The position numbers were made by a program, and so were the translations under genes. DNA of 50,615 nt from a virus. Lineage: Duplodnaviria > Caudoviricetes. The stretch lies in the IMG/VR virus record IMGVR_UViG_3300035670_000307, positions 1 to 50,615 of that record; one strand, given 5' to 3'. Positions 8,603-17,513 of this stretch are shown here, piece by piece. How positions within the stretch are numbered: position 1 is the stretch's first letter; every line of letters starts with the position of its first letter. Under the pieces are notes generated by a model. The model did not search any database. It was not told where the DNA came from and worked only from the letters and a program-made list of their open reading frames with translations.

Positions 8603-9523
8603 ATGGACAATATAATTCCGATCCGGCTTAACACACCGGAATCGTTCAAGACGCTTGCATCAAAGTCGACACACAACTTTCGGTTCCCATTCATTTTCGA
8701 TGGCACTGAAACTGAAGGTGCGACGGTCGACTGGACCGTCAAGAACCTTCTGATCGGCGGCGGCGTCTCTGCGGTCTATGGAGCACCGAAGAGCGGCAAG
8801 AGCTTCTTCGCTCAAGATCTGGCAGAACGCGTTTCCAGAGGTATGTCGTTCTTCGGACGCCGCACGAAGCCCGGACTGGTCATCTACATGTGCGGTGAAG
8901 GCATTGCCGGATTCAAGCGTCGCATGACAGCATGGCGCGAAGTGAACGATCAGGATCCCAGCCGCAATTTCATCATGATGCCAGCCACCTTCAATCTGGT
9001 ATCGGACACCGACGCTATCGATGCCGTCATTGCCGATATCAAGGCGATCTGCGTGCACATGAACCAGCCGGTCGCCATGATCGTGGTCGACACGCTCAAT
9101 CGCTACTTCGGCGGCAATGACGAGAACAGCGCATCTGACATGAGCTGCTTCGTTTCATCCATTGGCCGTATGCAGGAAGCTCTCGATCAGGCCTTCAACA
9201 TGCGCCCTCACGTGATGATCGTGCACCACACCGGCAAGAATGCATCTGACGGGATGCGTGGATCGAACGCCCTTCGTGGCGCTCTCGATTGCTCCATCGA
9301 AGTGATGGCCAATGAAGACGGTATCCGACAGGCACGCGTGGTCGACATGAAGGACGGCGGCAATATCGATCCCATGTATTATCGCCTTCGCAGCATCAAG
9401 CTTGGCGATGACGAGGATGGCGAAGCTATCTACAGCTGCGCAGTGGAACGCACTTCCATCGAAGGGCCGTTCGAAACTGAAAAGCCGAAGGGTCGTGGCC
9501 CTGCCAAGAAGGCCGCTGCCTGA
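8603..9523 (+). CDS. RecA-fold replicative helicase (RepA/AAA_25 type)
   Basis: Walker A GAPKSGKS, Walker B IVVDTLNR, DEN, HHTGK, RGSNAL motifs. Confidence 0.9.
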   Translation: MDNIIPIRLNTPESFKTLASKSTHNFRFPFIFDGTETEGATVDWTVKNLLIGGGVSAVYGAPKSGKSFFAQDLAERVSRGMSFFGRRTKPGLVIYMCGEGIAGFKRRMTAWREVNDQDPSRNFIMMPATFNLVSDTDAIDAVIADIKAICVHMNQPVAMIVVDTLNRYFGGNDENSASDMSCFVSSIGRMQEALDQAFNMRPHVMIVHHTGKNASDGMRGSNALRGALDCSIEVMANEDGIRQARVVDMKDGGNIDPMYYRLRSIKLGDDEDGEAIYSCAVERTSIEGPFETEKPKGRGPAKKAAA

Positions 9524-10812
9524 TGTGGCGTGCTGCTCAACTTGCACAAATGATGAGCCGCCCGGGCAAGGGCAAGGCTCAAAAGAAGGGTTCGAGCTGG
9601 ATGGTCGTGTGCCCCGTGCATACCGACCAGAAACCATCGCTCAACCTGACTGACGGTCGCAAGGGATTGATCTGGCATTGCCACGCTGGATGCTCACAGG
9701 AAGAGGTTGGAGCTGCGATCCGGAGCATCACTTCGGGTCACACTCCCTCTCCAACCCGTGAGGCGGTCAAGACAAAGCAGGTCATCGAGATCCGGTCACA
9801 CCGGCCCACTATCGAAGATCTGCGAGACATAGGGCCAGGGTCATTCTTCCATTTCGAATATGGTGATCCTGCCAGTGTCTGGATATACAAGAACAGGGAA
9901 GGGCTATCCCTGTTCTATGTCGCCAGATACGAGACGCCAGACGGCAAGGAGATCGTGCCTTGGTCGTGGTATTCGAGCGATAATGGCCCGGTGAAATTCG
10001 GCATGAAGGCATGGCCGAAGGATCGCCCGCTCTATAATCTCGACAAGATTGCAGCACGTCCTGATGCCCCTGTCCTTTATGTGGAAGGCGAGAAGGCTGT
10101 TGCTCCTGCCGAGAGGCTGTTTCCGAACTTCGTGGTCACCACCCATCAGGGCGGGAGCAAGGCGCTAGAGAAGACCGATTTCAGCAGCCTGCGTGGTCGT
10201 CTTGTCATTATCCAGCCTGATGCAGACGAGCCGGGCAAGCTCATGGCAGAACGCCTTGCGATCGCTCTGGACGGCATTGCTAGAAAGGTGCTCCGACTGG
10301 ACTGGCCCAAGCAATGGCCGGACGCCAAGGATTATGTCCTGCGCAAAGGAGACGACTGTTTCGACCACGAGGCAGCCGGATGGACACGCGATCATCTGGT
10401 GCAGCTGAAAGAGGCTGGCAAGCTGAAGCTGGTGGAGCAGGACAGCGCTTCGAAGTTTGGCGAGGGCGAGCCGGGAGAGCATTGGGCAAAGGTGATGATG
10501 CGCAAGGATGAAACTTGTGCACTGGTTTGCTCTGGTAATGTGGTCGCAAGCGTGACCGGGAAGCAGTGGCGGGCTGTAGTGCCTTGGCTTGAGGCTGACT
10601 TCAATCGCCGGCTCGAGGCCAACCGTGCTCCACATGGTCGCTTCCCACGTTGGGAGAAAGAAGTCGACGTTGCTCCATTCATGGTCGCGGAAATCTACGG
10701 CCTGATGAAGCAGATAAACGTCGCCACAGATCCTGAATCAGCTCTCATGCTCCACATCCGCATGACCCCGTTTGCACGGTCACGCGCTTGGAAAAACAGA
10801 TCGGACAAGTGA
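9523..10812 (+). CDS. DNA primase (Zn-binding + TOPRIM)
   Basis: CPVH...HCHAGC zinc finger; VEGEK and PDADEPG TOPRIM motifs; TGATG coupling to the helicase. Confidence 0.88.
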   Translation: MWRAAQLAQMMSRPGKGKAQKKGSSWMVVCPVHTDQKPSLNLTDGRKGLIWHCHAGCSQEEVGAAIRSITSGHTPSPTREAVKTKQVIEIRSHRPTIEDLRDIGPGSFFHFEYGDPASVWIYKNREGLSLFYVARYETPDGKEIVPWSWYSSDNGPVKFGMKAWPKDRPLYNLDKIAARPDAPVLYVEGEKAVAPAERLFPNFVVTTHQGGSKALEKTDFSSLRGRLVIIQPDADEPGKLMAERLAIALDGIARKVLRLDWPKQWPDAKDYVLRKGDDCFDHEAAGWTRDHLVQLKEAGKLKLVEQDSASKFGEGEPGEHWAKVMMRKDETCALVCSGNVVASVTGKQWRAVVPWLEADFNRRLEANRAPHGRFPRWEKEVDVAPFMVAEIYGLMKQINVATDPESALMLHIRMTPFARSRAWKNRSDK

Positions 10813-11315
10813 TGGCACAGAAGCGAAAGAAGGCCGGTGAGCCTATCATTATGAATCAAACCGAGTTCGAAAGACGGGTTAAAGCTGGTTATAAGCTGTC
10901 TGATAACGTGATAGTTCGAGGCACAGTTAATCTCGCACGTTGCACAAATTTGACGTCATTACCTAATAACCTGTTGGTTTGCGGGTGTCTGATCTTGTCT
11001 GGTTGCACAAGCTTGACATCGTTGCCTGATAAACTGATTGTTAAAAGATCGCTAATATTCCATGGTTGCACGGGTTTCGAAAAACCAAAGTTTGTTTCAG
11101 CTGATCGTTATTACACAGATTCAATATTTGTGTATCGAGATGAAAAATCTGTAGAAATTAAATTCCTTCTTCCTGAAATCGTCATCTCACAACTTCCCGG
11201 TCGTCGAATTGAAGAAGTGGTCGATCACTGGATGCTGGACGTTTCAGGTATCAGGGGTAGGACAATTGTGTCCGCTCGATCAGAAGAAAACTTCATCTCC
11301 ATAATATTGGATTGA
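10812..11315 (+). CDS. leucine-rich-repeat protein, paralogue 2
   Basis: CTNLTSLPNNLLVCGCLILSGCTSLTSLPDKL repeats; LPEIVISQLPGRRIEEVVDHWMLDVSGIRG. Confidence 0.8.
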   Translation: MAQKRKKAGEPIIMNQTEFERRVKAGYKLSDNVIVRGTVNLARCTNLTSLPNNLLVCGCLILSGCTSLTSLPDKLIVKRSLIFHGCTGFEKPKFVSADRYYTDSIFVYRDEKSVEIKFLLPEIVISQLPGRRIEEVVDHWMLDVSGIRGRTIVSARSEENFISIILD

Positions 11316-11385
11316 ACTCCCCTTATTTGAAAACCTTCTAGCACTTCTAGCATAATTACTCCCTAAGCGGCTAGGGAGTGGCTGT

Positions 11386-12333
11386 GTGGCAGCGTATTAC
11401 AACGAGATCGATCCTTACGCTGCTCAATGGCTTCGCAATCTGATCAAGGCCGGACACATCGCCTCGGGTGATGTGGATGAACGCAGCATCCGGGATGTGA
11501 AGTCTGATGACCTACGCGGCTACACACAATGTCATTTCTTCGCTGGAATTGGCGTCTGGAGCCATGCTCTACGAAGAGCAGGGTGGTCAGATGACGTTCC
11601 TGTTTGGACTGGATCCTGCCCCTGCCAGCCCTTCAGTATCGCTGGCAAGCAAGGCGGGTTCGAAGATGACCGCCACCTTTGGCCAGTCTGGTTCGATCTC
11701 ATCAAAGAGTGCCGCCCTGCAGTCGTCCTTGGAGAGCAGGTTGCGAGCGCTCTCGAGTGGATCGATCTTGTATCGTCTGACTTGGAAGGACAGGATTACG
11801 CCTTCGGGGCGTCGGATCTGTGCGCTGCGGGCTTCGACGGTGCGCACATCAGGCAGCGACTCTACTTCTGCGCATCAGATGAAAGGGTGGATCACACCAG
11901 CTCAAAGAGACTGGAAGGATACGCCTGGTATGGCCGTAGTAAGCCAGACAGGGCGCAAGAGGCTGGATCAGCTGCCGAGAGAAGCGGGCTTGGCTGGTTG
12001 GCCAACTCCGACAGTAGGGAACGCCAGCGGGTCGCAGATGGCGAAGGATGCGAGCACGACGGGTCGCAGGCCGGATGGCAGCAAAGCGACAGTGAGCTTG
12101 AATCAGGTAGCATCACAGATCGTCCCTGTCCGCCTATGCTCGGACGGAACCCTGCTGACTGGCTATTCTGCAGAGATGGAAAGTGGCGGCCGGTTGAACC
12201 CGGCACATTCCCGATGGCTCATGAGATTGCCCAAAGAGTGGGACGATTGCGCGCCTACGGCAATGCCATAGATGCCGAAACAGCTACTGCATTTTGCACA
12301 GCTGCGAGACAATCCATTATGCAGGCTGCATAA
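11386..12333 (+). CDS. C5-cytosine DNA methyltransferase, alpha polypeptide
   Basis: motifs I FFAGIG, IV SCPCQPFS, VI EQV, VIII HIRQR and X RLRAYGNAI; motif IX is absent. Confidence 0.9.
   Translation: MAAYYNEIDPYAAQWLRNLIKAGHIASGDVDERSIRDVKSDDLRGYTQCHFFAGIGVWSHALRRAGWSDDVPVWTGSCPCQPFSIAGKQGGFEDDRHLWPVWFDLIKECRPAVVLGEQVASALEWIDLVSSDLEGQDYAFGASDLCAAGFDGAHIRQRLYFCASDERVDHTSSKRLEGYAWYGRSKPDRAQEAGSAAERSGLGWLANSDSRERQRVADGEGCEHDGSQAGWQQSDSELESGSITDRPCPPMLGRNPADWLFCRDGKWRPVEPGTFPMAHEIAQRVGRLRAYGNAIDAETATAFCTAARQSIMQAA
11666..12271 (+). CDS. nested out-of-frame beta polypeptide of the C5 MTase (M.EcoHK31I-type)
   Basis: alternative frame open 11507-12271; carries motif IX-like GRLNPAHSRWLMRLPKEW and WPTP repeats; start uncertain. 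Confidence 0.75.
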   Translation: MTATFGQSGSISSKSAALQSSLESRLRALSSGSILYRLTWKDRITPSGRRICALRASTVRTSGSDSTSAHQMKGWITPAQRDWKDTPGMAVVSQTGRKRLDQLPREAGLAGWPTPTVGNASGSQMAKDASTTGRRPDGSKATVSLNQVASQIVPVRLCSDGTLLTGYSAEMESGGRLNPAHSRWLMRLPKEWDDCAPTAMP

Positions 12334-12587
12334 CCACCAAACTGGCTGATATTTTTCTTGACGGATTTTTCCGCAGAAATGCGTGCCCGTTAATATCTTC
12401 GTTAATTTCTGCAGACTCATGTGGCAAAAATGCCACTTGTCAATTCGTGCTGCTCGAACGTATCAGAACGGGTCACTTGCCACTCTGGCCTGTTTAACCC
12501 TCGTTCTGCCAGTTGCCGCTTGCAAAAATCGCATATAACATCATCATACATCACACATTCATGGAAACATATCAGGGGTTCAACGAT

Positions 12588-13019
12588 ATGTCCGATTTCG
12601 AATATGCACCAGTTGAAGGCGACGGACTTTTATCAATCAGCGCTAGAGAGCGTCGCAACAAGATTAAGCAGGTTCTGGGGGATGCACTCACACGCGAGCT
12701 CTCCAATGCAGGGATGACGCAGAAGGATCTGGCTACCAAGACCGGCATGCAGGAATACGAGGTCAGCCGCTACGTGCTGGGCAAGTCGACTGCAAAGCCT
12801 GCCAAGGTCGAAGCTATGGCGAAGGCTATCGGCATATCGCCTGACAAGCTTGTTCCAGGCTACGTCAGCAAACAGATGCCAGCCGGAATGGCGATCCAGT
12901 TCAAGAAGCTCGATACTGGCAACGTCTGGGTAGAGTTTTCTGGGGCGTTTGATCAGGACACCACGTCAAAGCTGCTCGAGATCATGAGCAAGGTGCAGAT
13001 CGGGGAGAATGCAGGCTAA
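12588..13019 (+). CDS. XRE-family HTH regulator (repressor candidate)
   Basis: GMTQKDLATKTGMQEYEVSRYVLGKS HTH; no C-terminal S24 peptidase seen. Confidence 0.85.
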   Translation: MSDFEYAPVEGDGLLSISARERRNKIKQVLGDALTRELSNAGMTQKDLATKTGMQEYEVSRYVLGKSTAKPAKVEAMAKAIGISPDKLVPGYVSKQMPAGMAIQFKKLDTGNVWVEFSGAFDQDTTSKLLEIMSKVQIGENAG

Positions 13020-13138
13020 TTCGCATTCTGAAGGCCGCCGTCTTAAAATAATTTCGCAAACGCTTGGTGGAACGAGAAGTCGCTCCTAAGAGCATTGCCC
13101 AAGGGGATTGTCCGCTTGGGTTAGCGGAGTAGAAGACG

Positions 13139-13399
13139 GTGGCTGATGAGCCTGCAACTGTAGACACGGTAATAACCGTGATGAGCGACGGATCATTCCG
13201 TGTCGCTGAATTCGATGGGGAGACTGACGCATACCGGGTTATTGAGTTTGATAACCCTGACGGCATGTGCCCCGGTTCAATCATAGGCAAGTATGTCGAC
13301 GGTGATCTTGCGCTTCCACTGGAAGTGTCGAGAGTGACGATCCGGCGCCAGAACACTGGTGGATTGAATGTCATCCCCTTTGAGCCAAAGGGGGCATGA
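13139..13399 (+). CDS. hypothetical protein
   Basis: GGAG RBS, GTG start. Confidence 0.55.
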   Translation: MADEPATVDTVITVMSDGSFRVAEFDGETDAYRVIEFDNPDGMCPGSIIGKYVDGDLALPLEVSRVTIRRQNTGGLNVIPFEPKGA

Positions 13400-13402
13400 T
13401 CG

Positions 13403-13639
13403 ATGACGACCTTAACACCGGGCGAAGACGAGCCCATCACCCTCTCCCAGTATGCAGAGCTTACGCAGCGTTCGATCAGGTCGGTCAATCGCGACGTAAA
13501 GGCTGGGAGAATACCGGCTTGGAAGGATCCCACGATCAAGCGTTCGAAGGTGACCAGCCTTGGCGCTATTCGCCGGATCCGGGAGGCAGCTGCAGCGAAG
13601 GCAGAAAAGGCCTTTATGCAGAAGGCCAAGCTTACCTGA
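13403..13639 (+). CDS. excisionase-like HTH protein
   Basis: ITLSQYAELTQRSIRSVNRDVKAGRIPA winged-helix pattern; lies about 1 kb from attP. Confidence 0.65.
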   Translation: MTTLTPGEDEPITLSQYAELTQRSIRSVNRDVKAGRIPAWKDPTIKRSKVTSLGAIRRIREAAAAKAEKAFMQKAKLT

Positions 13640-13658
13640 ATAGATCTACAATCGGATG

Positions 13659-13694
13659 AAACGGCTATGCTCTATCAAGGGTGTAGCCGTTTTC
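13659..13694 (+). terminator. intrinsic terminator
   Basis: AAACGGCTA/TAGCCGTTT stem followed by T-rich tail; a TTGACA-N17-TATGAT promoter follows at 13699-13727. Confidence 0.65.
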
Positions 13695-13752
13695 GCATTT
13701 GACAGCTATTAAATGATCGAGTATGATATTTTTCTGATTTCGGGAGAATATC

Positions 13753-14088
13753 ATGAGAAACAAGCACGACGCGCTGGTATCAGCTGCGAACTCCTTCGTT
13801 CATCAATATTTCGGGCGTCACGCTCGCTCACACCTGGTCGCAGAACATCATGTGGAAGTTTTGTGGACACATCCTCACTCCGGCACACTGCATCGCATCA
13901 AGGTGTGGTCAGAAAGCTATGAGGGCACCAGCCGTCTGCTCTGGTCATATATGGATGATGACGGATCATTCGGCCGCACGCGTGACAACAAGGACGATCC
14001 TGTTGTCTTGGTGAAGTGGAACGAAGGATCGGACAAGGAACCTAAGGTTTCTGTCTTTCTTTCTCTAGCTGCTCAACTCGACGCTTGA
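13753..14088 (+). CDS. hypothetical protein
   Basis: own promoter and GGGAG RBS. Confidence 0.7.
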   Translation: MRNKHDALVSAANSFVHQYFGRHARSHLVAEHHVEVLWTHPHSGTLHRIKVWSESYEGTSRLLWSYMDDDGSFGRTRDNKDDPVVLVKWNEGSDKEPKVSVFLSLAAQLDA

Positions 14089-14182
14089 GCAGGCTTACCT
14101 CGGCAGCGAGGTCATTGATCATCTTGAGCATTTCGAGATTGTCCATGCCCCGCTGCATAGCTGAAAACCGTTAACGAAGGAT

Positions 14183-14515
14183 TTGAGCGTGAGCGAGCCA
14201 CAGGTCAAAGAGCAAAGTGCAGAATGTTACGAATCCTTTGGGCGTTTCGCCTTTCATTACAGGTGTAACGTCATAGATTATGAGATCTTGATCGAAGCCT
14301 TCAAGATAGCTGAAAATCTTACGCCAGCGCAGGAAAGAGCTGTGAAGATAGGTATTCGACCTGATGGCAAAGGCAAGTGGCCTCTCATTAGCGCACTGAT
14401 TGAGAAGAAGCTCTTTGCCTCTGGGCCGTATGGCGGTGAGTGGCATATCACCGGTATCGGCAAGCTTGTTCGTAATATCGTGAATGGCGAAATCACTAAG
14501 ACAAGTGTCGCATAG
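14183..14515 (+). CDS. hypothetical protein
   Basis: GAAGGA RBS; 110 aa. Confidence 0.55.
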   Translation: MSVSEPQVKEQSAECYESFGRFAFHYRCNVIDYEILIEAFKIAENLTPAQERAVKIGIRPDGKGKWPLISALIEKKLFASGPYGGEWHITGIGKLVRNIVNGEITKTSVA

Positions 14516-14520
14516 GGCGA

Positions 14521-14807
14521 ATCGTGTGCACATCGTGTGCACGAAGGACGACAAGAGTTGTCCAACAAGTGTCCGACTCGTTGTTTTTCCGTGACTTGCA
14601 GCGTCCTGCTATTGTCGCTATTATCTGTGGATAGCCTTTGGGTTCGAGGGGTATAACCCCCGAAACCCGCAGAAAACCTAGGTTTTTGGTGTGGTAGCGG
14701 AGGAGGGACTCGAACCCCCGACACGCGGATTATGATTCCGCACATCAATTCCCGCAAATACTGGAGCATATCGTGTGAAAAGTCAAATCGTGTGCAAATC
14801 GTGTGCA
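14521..14807 (+). repeat. putative integrase arm-type sites ATCGTGTGCA
   Basis: copies at 14521, 14532, 14770 (variant), 14787 and 14798 flank the attP core. Confidence 0.75.
14692..14741 (-). other. attP core: 3' 50 nt of a tRNA-Met(CAT) gene
   Basis: reverse complement GCGGAATCATAATCCGCGTGTCGGGGGTTCGAGTCCCTCCTCCGCTACCA gives anticodon arm, T arm and CCA; the 5' half is absent. Confidence 0.9.
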
Positions 14808-15104
14808 GATGCAGATTGCGACTGCTATTTGAAGCTCGAGCTGGCTCTAGAGGCTTTGCATGATTTGATATCCCGATGCGAGTGGATCGAAAATCTGAAC
14901 GGTCAAAGTCTCGCCATCCTTGCTGAAATGCAGGTGACCACAGAGGTTCGCGAACAAGCAGCTTATAATCGCGGCGAGAAGTTCACAGCCAAAGCCATAC
15001 GGGCAGAGCTTAACATTTACCGTTGGAAGCTCCTGAACTTTGGCAAGGAGATCCCTGTCGCTTTACAGATGCGACGTAGGTTCGGTGATGGAGATGACGC
15101 ATGA
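14775..15104 (+). CDS. hypothetical protein
   Basis: 109-aa ORF coupled to the next gene. Confidence 0.55.
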   Translation: MKSQIVCKSCADADCDCYLKLELALEALHDLISRCEWIENLNGQSLAILAEMQVTTEVREQAAYNRGEKFTAKAIRAELNIYRWKLLNFGKEIPVALQMRRRFGDGDDA

Positions 15105-15403
15105 GCAAAGCGACAGCAGTGTGCAGGAACAAGAATTGCCCGTGCAATGATCCGGACAGTGCATTCTTCATGTTGCTGGCAGAAGCCTCTGCAGCGAAGG
15201 ACGCACATGAAAATGCGAAGGCCAGGAAGGACAGCTCTGCAATGGCCAGTGCAGCACGCAAATACGAGAGCGTTGCAATGATGGGTATGTGGGGAGGCTT
15301 ATGGAACCCTGCGATGGCTGGCTTGGCTAAGGCGTTGAAGAAGCATCCGCCTGAATACAAGCCAGCCTACATGCTCAATAGGAACGCTGGAGAGGCTGCG
15401 TGA
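15101..15403 (+). CDS. hypothetical protein
   Basis: GGAG RBS; ATGA overlap. Confidence 0.65.
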   Translation: MSKATAVCRNKNCPCNDPDSAFFMLLAEASAAKDAHENAKARKDSSAMASAARKYESVAMMGMWGGLWNPAMAGLAKALKKHPPEYKPAYMLNRNAGEAA

Positions 15404-15963
15404 GCATCGAGATGCAGAAGTTCATCGAAGGCGTCGGTGTCCACGATTTCAAGAAACGTCTTTTGGCGGGCGAAAATTTCAATGATCACTTGATCGTTCG
15501 CCCGGAGTTTGTTCGAGGTGAATTAGTTTACGATCAACTCGTTCTAACAAGCGCTGAAGAGGTAGAAATTCTACCAAGGCATCTTATCCTAACGTGTGAT
15601 TTAATTTTACAGGGATTAACAAGGTGGCCGAAATTTCCAGACGGACTGCATGTAAGTTCCGTTTTGTATTTTAGGTCATGCAAGTTTACATCTGGCATCA
15701 AGCCTGACAAGGTAGACGCCTTCGTTATCTGTGATGAGATGATCGAAGCTACCATGGATTACGTGTCTGTTCGATCAAACTTGCCTGAAGCCGTTATCGC
15801 TAAGCTTCCCGGCATGAGACTTGGTGACGTGGTAGATCATTACATTCTGCATGTGGCAGGTGTTGCCGACTGCGAGATCAAAAAAGCCAAGAATGGTGGT
15901 GGTCGAGCTTTTATCGATCATTCTGGACATGTGCGCGTATCGATGGTGGTGGTATCAATCTAG
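15400..15963 (+). CDS. degenerate LRR protein, paralogue 3
   Basis: LPRHLILTCDLIL / FPDGLHVSSVLYF repeats; LPEAVIAKLPGMRLGDVVDHYILHVAGV. Confidence 0.75.
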   Translation: MSIEMQKFIEGVGVHDFKKRLLAGENFNDHLIVRPEFVRGELVYDQLVLTSAEEVEILPRHLILTCDLILQGLTRWPKFPDGLHVSSVLYFRSCKFTSGIKPDKVDAFVICDEMIEATMDYVSVRSNLPEAVIAKLPGMRLGDVVDHYILHVAGVADCEIKKAKNGGGRAFIDHSGHVRVSMVVVSI

Positions 15964-15985
15964 AACAAACGCGGAACAGTTGACA
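15963..15985 (+). promoter_or_regulatory. alphaproteobacterial LexA box next to a -35 element
   Basis: GAAC-AAACGCG-GAAC (15963-15977), then TTGACA (15980-15985), upstream of the MTase. Confidence 0.6.
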
Positions 15986-16034
15986 GAGAGGCGTTTGCTC
16001 CTAGGACTCTTGGCTCACTGATTTTGACGGCGGA

Positions 16035-17513
16035 ATGATGACTCTCAAAGAAGCACCGGGCTTAACGTTGGCGTCCGAACGGGCGGATCACATGAGGCTC
16101 GTTATATCGCCCGGTCTGGACACAGAGCGCAGGAGCAAGCTGGGTCAATTTATGACGCCGGCACCTGTTGCAAGCCGTATGGCTGACATGTTTTCAGAGA
16201 TGCCTGATCATGTGCGCCTGCTTGATGCAGGGGCTGGGATTGGAGCTCTGACAGCTGCTTTCGTTTCCAAAGCGATCTCGTCGGATCAAAAACCGAAGTC
16301 TATTAGCGCGACCTGCTTTGAGGTGGATCCGCAGATGGCCAAGCATCTAGCCGAGACGCTCGAGCATTGTGCCGACGCGTGCGCAGAGGCTGGGATCGAA
16401 TTCACCTCGGAGATCGTGCCAGACGATTACATCCTAGTATCGGCCGAACCGCTGATCAGTAAAGCCCGCACGTTCAACCGCGCCATTCTCAACCCGCCAT
16501 ACGCCAAGATTGCCACCACCTCGAAATGGAGGCTCGCTCTCCGAAAGGTGGGGATTGAGACGGTGAACCTGTATTCCGCCTTCATTGCTCTGGCGATAAA
16601 CCAGATGGAGCAAGGTGGGGAGATCGTGGCGATTACACCCCGGTCGTTCTGCAATGGACCCTACTATCAGCCGTTCCGCAGGCACATGCTGGATAACACC
16701 TCACTCCTAAGGCTGATGGTGTTTGAATCCCGAAAAAAGGCTTTCGCGGATGATGACGTCTTGCAGGAGAACGTGATCTTCCAGCTTCGGAAGGATCATG
16801 ACCAGCCGGAGACAGTGAGGCTCGAGACTGACACCGGAGACGCCCGGCTCGTGCCATTCGTCGACGTGGTGCACCCGCGTGACAAGAACGCATTTATCCG
16901 GCTGACTATCTCCGACGATGATGCAGAGCTTGCCAAACGTGTGCAGTCTCTCCCGTGCTCTCTGGAAGACTTGGGCATCAAGGTATCGACAGGTCGTGTT
17001 GTCGACTTCCGTGCCAAGCAGCAACTTCGCAAAGATGCCGGAGCTGACACCGCTCCCTTGATCTATGCCAGTCACATGAAAGCCAGCCGTATCGTTTGGC
17101 CGATCCCTGACTTCAAAAAGTTCAACGCTCTGGCAATCGACGATCACACCAGACCGCAGCTTGTGCCAGCTGGTCGCTACGTCCTGACCAAGCGGTTTTC
17201 ATCGAAAGAAGAGAAGCGCAGGATCGTTGCTGCGATCTATGATGCTCCGGAACCCGCTGGCATCGATAACAAGATGAACTACTTCCACAGCGGCGGCACC
17301 GGCTTGCCAGAATATCTCGCTGTGGGCTTGTGCGCGTTCCTGAATTCAACAGCGGTGGATGACTACTTCCGTCTGTTTTCCGGGCATACACAGGTCAATG
17401 CCACTGACCTTCGAACGCTTCACTACCCGACCAGGCCGCAACTCGAGAAGCTCGGGAAGCTGGCACCGGAAGGGCAGGAAGCAATCGACGCAGCTGTTTC
17501 AGCCTTGATTTAA
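16035..17513 (+). CDS. type II N6-adenine methyltransferase (BsuBI/PstI family)
   Basis: GQFMTP, LLDAGAGIG, NPPY motifs; C-terminal FSGHTQVNATDL typical of the M.BsuBI/M.PstI group. Confidence 0.9.
   Translation: MMTLKEAPGLTLASERADHMRLVISPGLDTERRSKLGQFMTPAPVASRMADMFSEMPDHVRLLDAGAGIGALTAAFVSKAISSDQKPKSISATCFEVDPQMAKHLAETLEHCADACAEAGIEFTSEIVPDDYILVSAEPLISKARTFNRAILNPPYAKIATTSKWRLALRKVGIETVNLYSAFIALAINQMEQGGEIVAITPRSFCNGPYYQPFRRHMLDNTSLLRLMVFESRKKAFADDDVLQENVIFQLRKDHDQPETVRLETDTGDARLVPFVDVVHPRDKNAFIRLTISDDDAELAKRVQSLPCSLEDLGIKVSTGRVVDFRAKQQLRKDAGADTAPLIYASHMKASRIVWPIPDFKKFNALAIDDHTRPQLVPAGRYVLTKRFSSKEEKRRIVAAIYDAPEPAGIDNKMNYFHSGGTGLPEYLAVGLCAFLNSTAVDDYFRLFSGHTQVNATDLRTLHYPTRPQLEKLGKLAPEGQEAIDAAVSALI

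Noticed and set aside
12390-12405. CtrA box
   Set aside because: Spacing is TTAA-N8-TTAA rather than the canonical N7
13396-13659. 87-aa ORF overlapping the Xis-like gene
   Set aside because: The 13403-13639 frame has a recognisable HTH pattern; this frame has none
14692-14770. Complete tRNA-Met gene
   Set aside because: Only the anticodon arm to CCA is present; no D arm or 5' acceptor strand, so it is an attP core
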